From contig MU054220.1 in assembly GCA_013239625.1 (NCBI GenBank), positions 9,087,367 through 9,120,739 of the forward strand: 33,373 nt of DNA, written 5' to 3'. Shown piece after piece: positions 23,078 to 33,373 of this stretch (position 1 is its first letter; every line of letters begins with the position of its first letter). The translations under genes were made by a program, and so were the position numbers. Below the pieces are notes generated by a model. It did no database searches. It saw only the letters and a program-made list of their open reading frames with translations, and was not told where the DNA came from. Origin of the DNA: Lama guanicoe. Taxonomy: Eukaryota.

Positions 23078-23164
23078 TTTGGGAGACTGATCTAAGAAAA
23101 TACTGCTACAATTTATGTCAGAATTTGGGAGACTAAGAAAATACTGCTACAATTTATGTCAGAA
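23078..23164. repeat. Tandem duplication (46 + 41 bp) within L1 ORF2
   Basis: tttgggagactgatctaagaaaatactgctacaatttatgtcagaa followed by tttgggagactaagaaaatactgctacaatttatgtcagaa. Confidence 0.95.
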
Positions 23165-26100
23165 TGTTTTGCCTATGTTCTCATCTAAGAGTTTTATGAC
23201 ATCATGTCTTATGGTACCTTTGAACCATTTTAAGTTTATTTTTGTATATTGTGTGAGGGAGTGTTCTAATTTCATTGATCTACATGAGGCTGTCCAACTT
23301 TCCCAACACCACTTGCTAAAAGACTGTCCTTCCTCCATTGTATATTCCTGCCTCCTTTGTCAAAGATTAACTATAAGTGTGTGGGTTTACTTCTGGGCTC
23401 TCTATTCTATTCCATTGACCCATATGTCTGTTTTTGTGCCAGTAACAATCTGTTTTGTTTATTATAGCTTTGTAGAATTGTCTGAAGTCTGAAGGGTGAT
23501 GTCTCCAGCTTTGTTTTTTTCCTCAAGATTGCTTTGCCAATTCTGGTTTTTTTATGGTTCCATATAAATTTTAGGATTATTCTAGCTCTGTGAAAAATGT
23601 CATAGGTAATTTTATAGGGATCTCATTAAATCTGTAGATTGTTTTGGGTAGTATGGCCATTTTTAACAATACTAATTCTTCCAATCTAAGAGCGTGGGAT
23701 ACCTTTCCATTTCTTAAATCATCTTCAATTTCCTTTACCAATGTTCTGTAGTTTTCAGTGTATAAGATTTATTCCTAAGTATTTTTAATGTAATTTAAAA
23801 TGGGATATTTTTACTACCTTTTTCTGATATGTCATTGTTAGTGTAATTAAAAGCAACAGATTTCTGTATGTTAGTCTTATATCCTGCTAACTTGCTAAGT
23901 TTATCAGTTTTAACAGTTTTTCTGGGTAGTCTGTAGGGTTTTCTATGTATTATATCATGTCATCCACATATGATGATAATTTTACATCCTCTCCAATTTG
24001 AATACCTTTTTTCTTTCTTGTCTGATTGCTGTCTCTAGGACTTTCAATACTATGTTGAATAGAAGTGGTGAAAGTGGGTGTCCTTGTCTTATTCCAGAAT
24101 CTAGCGGGAAAGCTTTCAGCTTTCCACCATTGAATATTATGTTGGCTGTGGGTTTGTCATAAATGGCTTTTGTTATGTTGAGATATATTCCCTCTATACC
24201 CACTTTAGTAAGAGTTTTTATCACAAATAGATGCTGAATTTTACCAAACACTTTTTATTCATCTGTTGAGATGATCATGTGTTTTTTGTCTTTTCCTTCA
24301 TTAATGTGTATCATGTTGATTGATTTGTTTATGTTGAGTAATCCTTGTGACCCTGGAATGAATCCAACCTGATCATGGTTTATAATCCTTTTTAAGTATA
24401 GCTGGATTCTGTTGCTTAAAATTTTGTTGAGGATTTTTGCATCGATATTCATCAAAGATATTGGCTTATAATTTACTTTTTTGTAGTATCTTTGTCTGGT
24501 TTTGTATTATGGTAATGGTGGCTTCATAGAATGACTTCAGGAGTATTCTCTCCTCTTCATTCTTTTGAAATAGTTTGAGAAGAATAGGTGTAAGTTCTTC
24601 TTTGTATGCGTGATAGAATTCCCCAGTGAAGCCATCCAGTCCTGAACTTTTGTTTGCAGGGTGTTTTTTCAATTACAGATTCTATTTCACTTTTAGTGAT
24701 CAGTTTGCTCAGCATATCTGTTTCTTCTTGACTCAGTTTTGGCAGTCTGTTTCTAGAAATTTCTCATTTTCTTCTAGATTGCCAATTTGTTGGTATATAA
24801 CTGTTCATAATATTTTCTTATGATATTTTTTTGTATTCCTACCATATCAGTTATTCTTTCATTTCTTATTTTGTTCATTCAGGTCCTGTCCCTTTTGTTG
24901 ACAAGCCTGGATAGAGGTTTGTCCGTTTTGTTTATCCTTTCAAAAACCCAGCTCTTGGGTTTTTTTGATCTCTTCAATTATTTTTTTTATTTTATTTCCT
25001 CTCTAATCTTTATTATTTCCTTTCCTCTGCTGACTTTGGATTTTGTTTGTTCTTTTTCTAATTGTTTTATGTGGTAGCTTAGGTTGTTTTGAGATTTTTC
25101 TTGGTTCTTGAGGAAGGCTGTATCACTATGAAATTCCCTCTTAAAACTCCTTTTGCTGCATTCCATAGATTTTGTAAGGTTTTCATTGTCATTTGTCTCA
25201 GAGTATTTTCTGTTTTCCTCTAATTTCATTGCCGACCCACTGGTTTTTTTAGTGGTATGTTGTTTAGTCTCTATGTGATCATTTTTCCCATTTTTCTTTC
25301 TGTGATTGATTTCTAGTTTCATACTGTTGTGGTGAGAAAAGATGCTTGAAATAATTTCTGTCCTTTTAAATTTGTTGAGGCTTGTTTTTTGTCCTAGCAT
25401 GTGGTCTGTCTAGAGAATGTTCTGGGCATACTTGAAGAGAATGTGTTGTTGTTGTTGTTGTTTTTGGATGTAGTGTCCTGTAGATATCAATTAAGTCCAA
25501 CTGTTCTAGTGTGTAACATTTAGAGTCTTTGTTGCCTAAAAAAATCAATAATACTTTTTTGTCTGGAATATCTGTCCATTGATGTCAGTCTGGGGTTAAA
25601 GCCTCCTACCATAACTGTAGTCCTGTCAGTCTTTCTTTCTTCTCCTTTTGGAACACCCATTATACGTAGATTGGCACACTTTATATTATCCCATAGATCT
25701 CATATGTTGTTTTTTTTTTTTTCCTTTTGTCTTTCTGTCTACTGTTCTGATTGGGTGTTTTCCATTATTCTCGCATCCAGATCACTTATTCATTCTGCAT
25801 CATTTAATCTGCTTCATTACTTTTAGCTTGGTTTTTATCTCGGCAATTGAATTGTCTGATTTTGTTTGGTTCCTCTTTATAGTTTCTAGTTCCTTGTTAA
25901 AGTGATTTGTATTTCTATCAAAGTTTTTAAATCCTTTAGCAATTTTATTACCTCTGTTTTGAACTTGGGGTCTAGTAGACTGAAAAGGCCTATTTCATTG
26001 TTGTTTCAGGAGATTTCTCTTGTTCTTTTAATTGGGAGTAGTTCCTCTGCTTTTTCATTTTACTTTAGTTTCTCTGTCATTATGAATTTAGGAGAAACTA

Positions 26101-27504
26101 TTACATTTTGTTGTCTTGAGGCCTGTTTTTATGTGGAAGCATCATTGTGTAGACTGTGAGAGTTCAGTATTTTTGGTGTAAAGGCTGCTTTTAGAATGGA
26201 TGTCAGCCACATCTTCCTTTCCTCTGTGCTGGCTGTTATCCCCTTGGTAGGGGGTGTGGTTGATGTGACCAGCGGGTGCTGGATGTTGGCTAGGACCTCA
26301 TCTTTGCTCTGTGGCTGTCACAGTCCTGTCAGGGGTCGGATCTGCTCCAGTTGTTGGTTGGAAGCCTTGAGAATCAGGTTCAGTAAGGCTCCATTGCCCT
26401 TAAATGTGTGCTCTGTCCCCAAGGAAGTGTGAGGGCTAAAGTGAGTGAGGCCATTGTGGTCACAGTGAACCTGTGTGCCACCTGTGCATACATCCTCAGT
26501 TTTGCCCAGGAGCAGCCAAAGGTCGCATCCCTTTCTCTGTTATGTTTGTCCCAGACCTAGCATTGGGCTGGCACTGGGGCCGGGACGTTATGACTGCAGG
26601 ACACAAGTGGTTTTGCTGCCACCTAGAACCTGGGCTGCCTCTGTGGTAGGACTCTCCTAGGGCCTATCCACCCCAGAACCAGCTCCAAGCTGCAGGGTGA
26701 AGTATGCAGGATTGTAGCACTCCCACTGGGAGATGAATCACTGTGTACTCTACCGGGCTGGCTGCTGGGAACAGAAATGTGTGATTCTGTGATGCCACCT
26801 GCCACCAATGTGCCACTGCTGCTGGACCTACCTACAAACCCGTACCCACTGTAGGAGTGGTGATAATGGGCTCCAGTGATGTCAGCCCTGCCCCCGCCAT
26901 ACGTTTGCTCAGAAAGCCTGTCACCACCAAAGCCATGCCCTACCATGAGCATGCTGGCAGTGTGGCTTCTGTAGTGGACCTGTGCCCTGCCCACAATAAC
27001 AGTATTGACCCAGACCACACTCCGGGCTGGGTCCTCTGGGCTGTCTCTACACAACTAAACCAAATCCTCTCCCAAGGTATGTCTGCTGAAGCCCGAGCCT
27101 TGGTGCCTTGCTGCCTTGCTGCTGTACTTTGTGCATGTTTTTGGCTGTGAAGGGCAATGACCTGGCAGCCATCAGCACTGGTATCTCTCTGCCCTGATTG
27201 CTAGCAAACCAGCAAGTGCACACAGGGGAGACCAGGACCCTCTGCTCCTTACCTGTATGAAGGAGCTCCCAGCTGGCAAAGGGAGTTTCCAGGGCAAGGG
27301 AAGCTTTCTTCTTTCATAGCTCCCTCCCAGGGGCACAGATCCCATCCCAATGCCTTTTATTTTTTTTCATCCTACCCAGTTACTTGGGGATATTTGCTTT
27401 GGTTATATTAGTGATCTTATGCCAGTTTTCAGTTGGTTATCTATGAGAATTGTTCCACACACAGACACATGTAGATGTATTTTTGATACGTTTGTGGAGT
27501 AGGT

Positions 27505-27539
27505 GAGTTCCATGTCCTACTCCACCATCTTGATCTCTT
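27505..27539 (-). promoter_or_regulatory. L1 5' terminus with YY1-type initiator motif
   Basis: Minus strand CAAGATGGTGG, the CpG-decayed form of CAAGATGGCGG, within ~10 nt of the L1 5' end. Confidence 0.6.
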
Positions 27540-27790
27540 CTACCTCATTTTTCTTGTATCAGTAGATCTGATGTATTTGTTTTTCTGCAGATATGGCTGA
27601 CCCAAATTTTGTAATTAATATCCCCTCAAAGTTGTATCTTTAATCTGATTCTAAATTCTAGGAGAGAATCTGATTGGCTCCAGTTGTGTCAGTTGCCTGA
27701 CACTGATCCAGCTGTCCATCGTGGGGACATGGTTTCATGTGAAGTATTGGAGATACCAGGAGTCTATCCCTGTGGTTATTGATGCAAAAT
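27540..27790 (-). mobile_element. Old MLT1 LTR, right part
   Basis: 'aaattctaggagagaatctgattggctccagttgtgtcagttgcctgacactgatccagc' is a diagnostic reverse-strand MLT1 motif; resumes after the L1 TSD. Confidence 0.65.
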
Positions 27791-27929
27791 GATGAATTTA
27801 AAGCAGCAACTATGTTTTATAAATGTGTTCATCATCTTTTATTTTTATATTATCTGCTTAACCTAGTGTAGAACTATGTATATAATAAATATTTTCTCCT
27901 AATCCTGCCAGACAGGATTAGAAGTCCAC

Positions 27930-28140
27930 CAGTATTTGAGTACCTACAAATAAATTAAACACAATGTCATTTAATCCACAGGAAATACTCTTGGAGCAAA
28001 TATTACCATCATAATATTTTTGATATTTATATACTGAGACGCCAAAGTACTAAGTGACTTGACTGTAGTCACACTACAAGAAGATAATAGAGGCGCTTCC
28101 TCTGTCTTACCCCAAAATCACATGCAGTCACCTTCTACTG
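27930..28140 (-). mobile_element. MIR SINE
   Basis: 'tatttgagtacctac..tcatttaatccac..atactgagac..taagtgacttgactgtagtcacac..ctgtcttaccccaaaatc'. Confidence 0.6.
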
Positions 28141-28231
28141 GCAACTGTTGCCCACACTGCAAGTCACCTGTCGAAGGACCTTGAGAAAAATGATGTACAA
28201 TAGATTTTTTAGAAATCCTGTAATTCTTTAC

Positions 28232-28345
28232 AGCACTGTTTAGCCTAGTGGCTAAGTGTATGGAACTCGTATTGTGATTCTGAATTGGTGACCTAATCTC
28301 TGTGTTTTAATTTCCTCATCTGTATGAGGGAGATAGTAATAATTT
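28232..28345 (+). mobile_element. MIR SINE fragment
   Basis: 'tagcctagtggctaagtgtatgga..ctaatctctgtgttttaatttcctcatctgtatgagggagatagtaataat' (MIR head and core). Confidence 0.7.
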
Positions 28346-28911
28346 CCATATTATTTTTTCTTTTTATTGAAGTATAGTTGGTGTACAATATTTTTTATAT
28401 ATATATACACACATACATATATATAAAACAAGTGTATGATACAGTGATTCACAATTTTTAAAGTTTACACTCCATTTAAGGTTATTATAAAATACTGGCT
28501 ATATTCCCTGTGTTGTACAGTATATCCTTATAGTTTACTTTCTACACAGTAGTTTGTACTTTTTAATCCCTTACCCCTGTATTGCCCCTTCCACCTTTCC
28601 TCTTCTTACTGGTATCTTAGTTTGTTCTCTATATCTGTGAGTCTACTTCTTTTCTGTTATATTCATTTGTTGTATTTTTTAGATTCTGAATATAAGTGAT
28701 AGCATACAATATTTGACTTATTTCACTTAGCATATATACCCTCCAAGTCCATCCATTCTTTATCCATTTATCTGTTGATGGACACTTCTGTTACTTGTGT
28801 ATCTTGCCAATGGTAAATAATGCTACTGTGAACATCAGGGTGCCTGTCTCTGTTTTTGTTTTTTCCAGGAGTGTAATTGCTCAGTCATATGGTATTTCTA
28901 CTTTTAGGGGT

Positions 28912-28975
28912 CTTTTTTTTTCTTTTCTTTTCTTTTTCTTTTTTTCTTTTTTCTTTCCCTTTCTTTTTCATTTTT
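28912..28975. repeat. T/C-rich simple repeat, (TTTTTC)n-like, in L1
   Basis: ctttttttttcttttcttttctttttcttttttcttttttctttcccttttctttttc-type tract. Confidence 0.8.
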
Positions 28976-29414
28976 CCACTGAGGTACTTTTTGTTTTTTG
29001 AGAAAACTCCATACTATTTTCCACAGTGACTGTACTAATTTACATTCCCACCAAAGGTGTGTGAGGGTCCCCTTTTCTCCTCATCCTCACTAGTGTTTTT
29101 TATGTTCTTTTTAATAATAGCATTTCTGACAAGTGTGAAGGGATGTTTCGTTGTGGTCTTGATTTCCATGTCCTTGATGATTAGTGATGCTGAGCGTGTT
29201 TTTTTATTCTCTTGGCCACCTGCATGTCCTTTTTGGAAAAAAAAAAAAAGCCTATCCAGGTCTTCTTCCCATTTTTAACTGGGTTGTTGTTGTTGTTTGA
29301 TGTTGACATGTATGAGCTGTCTATATATTTCGGATATTAACCTATTTTTATCATATTTTTTTTACCTCCCATTCAGTAGGTTGTCTTTTTGTTTTGTCGA
29401 TGGTTTCCTTTGCC

Positions 29415-30506
29415 GTGTCAAAGCTTTTAAGTTTAATTAGGTCCCACTTGTTCATTTTTGCTCTTCTTTCCTTTGCTTTGGGAGGCAAAGCCCAAAAATT
29501 ATTGCTACGATTTATGTCAAAGAGTGTTCTGCCTGTGTTTTCCTCTAGGAGTATTATGGTTTCCAGTCTTTAGGTCTTTAATCCATTTTGAGTTTATTTT
29601 TGTATATGGTGTTAGAGAATGTTTGAATTTCATTCTTTTACATATAGTTGTCCAGTTTTCCCAGCACCACTAATTGAAGAGACTGTCTTTTCTGCATTGT
29701 TTATTCTTGCCTCTTTTGTTGGAAATTAATTGACCATAAGTGCATGACTTTATTTCTGGGCTTTGTATGCTTTCTGTTCTGTTCAGTTGATCTATATGTC
29801 TGCCTTTGTGCCAGTATTATACTGTTTTGGTTACTGTACCTTTGTAGTATAATATTAAGTCAAGGAGCATGATTCCTTCAGCTCTGTTTTTCATAAGATG
29901 GTTTTGGGTATTTGAGGTCATGTGTGTTTCTATACAAATTTTAAAATTATTTGTTCTACATGTGTCAAAGCTTTTAAGTTTAATTAGGTCCCACTTGTTC
30001 ATTTTTGCTCTTCTTTCCTTTGCTTTGGGAGGCAAAGCCCAAAAATTATTGCTACGATTTATGTCAAAGAGTGTTCTGCCTGTGTTTTCCTCTAGGAGTA
30101 TTATGGTTTCCAGTCTTTAGGTCTTTAATCCATTTTGAGTTTATTTTTGTATATGGTGTTAGAGAATGTTTGAATTTCATTCTTTTACATATAGTTGTCC
30201 AGTTTTCCCAGCACCACTAATTGAAGAGACTGTCTTTTCTGCATTGTTTATTCTTGCCTCTTTTGTTGGAAATTAATTGACCATAAGTGCATGACTTTAT
30301 TTCTGGGCTTTGTATGCTTTCTGTTCTGTTCAGTTGATCTATATGTCTGCCTTTGTGCCAGTATTATACTGTTTTGGTTACTGTACCTTTGTAGTATAAT
30401 ATTAAGTCAAGGAGCATGATTCCTTCAGCTCTGTTTTTCATAAGATGGTTTTGGGTATTTGAGGTCATGTGTGTTTCTATACAAATTTTAAAATTATTTG
30501 TTCTAC
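29415..30506. repeat. Exact 545-bp tandem duplication (period 547) in L1 ORF2
   Basis: 29415-29959 and 29962-30506 are identical by eye, separated by 'at'; the ORF track shows the same 71-aa ORF at 29458 and 30005. Confidence 0.97.
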
Positions 30507-33373
30507 TTATGCTAAAAACAAAAAAGCAAAAGGTATTTTGATAGAGCTTGCATTGAATCTATAGATTGCTTTGGGTAGTATGATCATTTTAACAATATTC
30601 TTCCGATCTGACAGCCTGGCATATCTCCATTTGTGCCATCTTCAGTTGCTTTCATTGGTGTCTTATAGTTTCCTGAGTAGAGGTGTTTTGCCTCCTTAGG
30701 TAGGTTTATACCTAGATATTTTGTTCTTTTTAATTTGATGGTAAATGGAATTGCTTCCTTAATTTCTCTTTCTGATAGTTTGTTGTTAGTGTATAGAAAT
30801 ACAACAGGTTTCTGTATATTAATTTTGCATCCTGCAACTTTACTGAATTAATTAAGCTCTAGTAGTTTTCCGGTGGTGTCTTTAGGATTTTCTGTATATA
30901 GTATCTTGTCATCTGCAAAAAGTAACAGTTTTAATTCAACCTTTCTAATTTGGATTCCTTTTATTTCATTTCTCTGTCTGATTGCTGTGGATGGGGCTTC
31001 CAGTACTATGTCAAGTAAAAGTGATGAGAGTGGGCATCCTTGTCTTGTTCCTAATCTTAGAGAAAATGATTTTCACCATTAAGTATGATGTTAGCTGTAG
31101 TTTTGTCATATATGGCCTTTATTATGTTGAGGTATGTTTCCTCTAAGCCCACTTTCTGAAGAATTTTTGTCAAAGTGTATGCTGAATTTCATCAACAGCT
31201 TTTTCTACATCTGTTGAGATGATCATATGGTTTTTACTCTGCAACTTGTGAATGTGGTCTATAACATTAATTGATTTGCCAGTATCAAAAAATCCTTGCA
31301 TCACTGGGATTAATCTCACTTGATTATGGTGTATGATCCTTTTACTGCATTGTTGCATTTGGTTTGCTAATATTTTGCTCAGGATTTTTGCATCTATGTT
31401 CATCAGTGATTTGGGCCTGAAATTTTCTTCTTTTGTAATATCTTTGACTGGTTTTGGTATCATCGTGATGCTGGCCTCACAGAATGAGTTCAGAAGTTGT
31501 CCTTCCTCAGCAATTTTTCTCTAAATGTTTATCAGAATTCACCTGTGAAGCCATCTGGTCCTGGATTTTTATTTATTGAGAGTTTTTTGTTTGGTTGTTT
31601 GTAGGTTTTTCCAATTACTGATTCAATTTCAGTACTGGTAATTGGTCTGTTCATGTTTTCCATTTCTTCCTGCTTTCATCTTGGAAGATTTCTACAAATC
31701 TGTCCATTTCTCTAAGTTGTCCATTTTATTGTTCATAGTCTCTTATGATCTTTTATATTTTTGTATGTGTCAGCTGTAGCTTCTCTTTCATTTCTGGTTT
31801 TATGGATTTGGACCCTCTCCCTTTTTTCTTGATAAGTCTGGCTAAAGGTTTATCAATTTTGTTGATCTTTCAAATTTACATTTAAGGAAATTATTGACAT
31901 ATATTCTTATTGCCATTTTCTTAATTGTTTTGGGGTTGTTTTTGTAGGTCTTTTTTTCCTTTTCTTTTGCTTTCATTGGTAACTTTTGATTACTATCTTA
32001 AGTGTTATGTTTGGACTTTTTTCTTTTTTGTGTATCATAAATGTTTGGTTTGTCATTAACTGTGAGGTTTTTACGTAGCAATCTGTATATATCATATGAT
32101 ATTTAAGTTGCTGATTTCTTAATTTCAAATGCATTCTTAAAACCCTGCATTCATACTCTCCTCCCTTCATGATTATTGTTTTTGCCATCATATTTTACAT
32201 CTGATTGTTCTGTCTATCCTTTATTTATTGTGGATATAGATGAATTTACTGCTTTTGTTTTTTAACCTTCCTAATAGCGTTGTGCATGTATATTTTTTGA
32301 CATTTAGTGTATGTTTGCCTGTACCAGTGAGCTTTTTCATTTCATGGTTTTGTTTCTAGTTGTGGCCTTTTGTTTTTCACCTAGAGAAGTTCCTTTTAAC
32401 ATTTGTTGCAAAACTGCTCTGGTGGTGTTGAACTCTTTCAGTTTTTGCTTGTCCATAAAGCTTTTGATCTCCATCAAATCTGAATGATAGCCTTGGTTGG
32501 TAGAGTATTCTGGTTGTAGGTTTTTTCCCTTTTATCCCTTTAATTCAACGGATAGCCTTATGGGAGTTCCCTTGTATGTTACTTGTTGCTTTTCACTTGA
32601 TACTTTTAGTATTTTCTCTTTATTTTTTGTCATTTTCATTACAGTGTATCTTTGTGTGTTCCTCTTTGGGTTAATTCTGTATGAGACTGTCTGCACTTCC
32701 TGAACTTGAGTGACTGTTTCCTTTCCCATGCTGGGGAAATTTTCAGCAATTATGTCTTCAAATATTTTCTCAGCCCCTTTGTCTCTTTTTCTGAGACAAC
32801 CGTGATGCAAATTATTAGTATACTTCATGATGTTCCAGAGGTCTCTTAAACAGTTCTCATTTCTTTTTTTTTTCCTTTCAGCATCAGTGATTTCCACTGC
32901 TCTGTCTCCCAGCTCACTGATCCATCTCTCAGTATCTGTTGAGTATACTGTTGATTCCTGCTAGTATATTCTTCATTTCAGTTATTGTATTCTTCATCTC
33001 TGTTTGGGTGGTTCTTTTGTATTTTATAAATCTTCATTAAAACTTCTAACTTCTCGCTCTGTGTGTCCATTCTTATCCTGAGTTCTTTGATCATCTTAAC
33101 AATCATTGCTCTGAACACTTTCTGAGGGAGATTGCCTATCTCCATTTCACTCAGCTCTTCTGTGGTTTTGTCTTGTTCTGCATCTGAAACATACTCATTT
33201 TCCACCTCACTCTGCCTAATATGCCAGTTGTATTTTTATATATGTGAGTCGTCTTCTAGATGCCCTATGCATCCCAGCAGTGCACTCCCTTCTCATCACC
33301 CAGGCCATATGCTCTAGGGGTTCCCCCATGAGAGCTATGTGGGTCCTTCTGATGTGACAGGCTGAGTTGAGTA

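Larger units (their letters stand above)
21936..27539 (-). mobile_element. 5'-complete but internally deleted and decayed L1 (~5.6 kb)
   Basis: TSD ctac(t/c)tcatttttctt (21920-21935, 27540-27555; 15/16); 5' start AAGAGATCAAGATGGTGGAGTAG; ORF1 remnant DLWDNIKCANLRIMGVP; ORF2 peptides [50 protein letters not shown]; many stops and frameshifts. Confidence 0.97.
28352..33373 (-). mobile_element. Decayed L1 (3' UTR, ORF2 lacking endonuclease, inter-ORF, ORF1); runs off the window end
   Basis: 3' end 'tttttattgaagtatagttg'; ORF2 peptides [48 protein letters not shown]1 peptides RDLWN, EKIFEDIIAENFP, KQQVTYKGTPIRLS, FRAMIVKMIKEL. Confidence 0.97.

Noticed and set aside
26623..27150. 143-aa and 97-aa ORFs in the L1 5' region (ORF0-like)
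   Set aside because: GC-richer UTR sequence yields chance ORFs; no supporting motif
21936..33373. Active L1 or domesticated RT gene
   Set aside because: ORF1 and ORF2 are broken by many stops, frameshifts and deletions; hydrophobic plus-strand ORFs are antisense L1 artefacts

Overview
Mammalian non-coding DNA, most likely camelid, judged from a Vic-1-type tRNA SINE at 8406-8555 and the style of the L1 3' ends. It is dominated by transposable-element fossils, and I find no intact protein-coding gene, RNA gene or prokaryotic-type system; the recognisable ORFs in the track are decayed L1 or ERV fragments. Main contents: an ERV1-like solo LTR (2615-3106); a compact 2.46-kb two-LTR class III (ERV-L/ERV-S-like) provirus with a perfect CAGAT target-site duplication (TSD), a degenerate tRNA-Arg PBS and collinear gag/RT/connection/IN/env-like scraps (3345-5805); a MER58B with an 8-bp TSD; a nested ERVL-pol/MLT1F/poly(A)-insert cluster (10.0-12.4 kb); three large minus-strand L1s, two with large deletions affecting the endonuclease region and one with an exact 545-bp tandem duplication; and several MIR/L2/hAT/MaLR relics. 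The most unusual items are the miniature provirus with an apparent env-TM remnant, the TSD-less poly(A) insert in ERVL integrase, the in-frame ORF1-ORF2 deletion junction and the perfect duplication. Family names and consensus peptides are recalled, not searched. I cannot support a claim of a new biological system.
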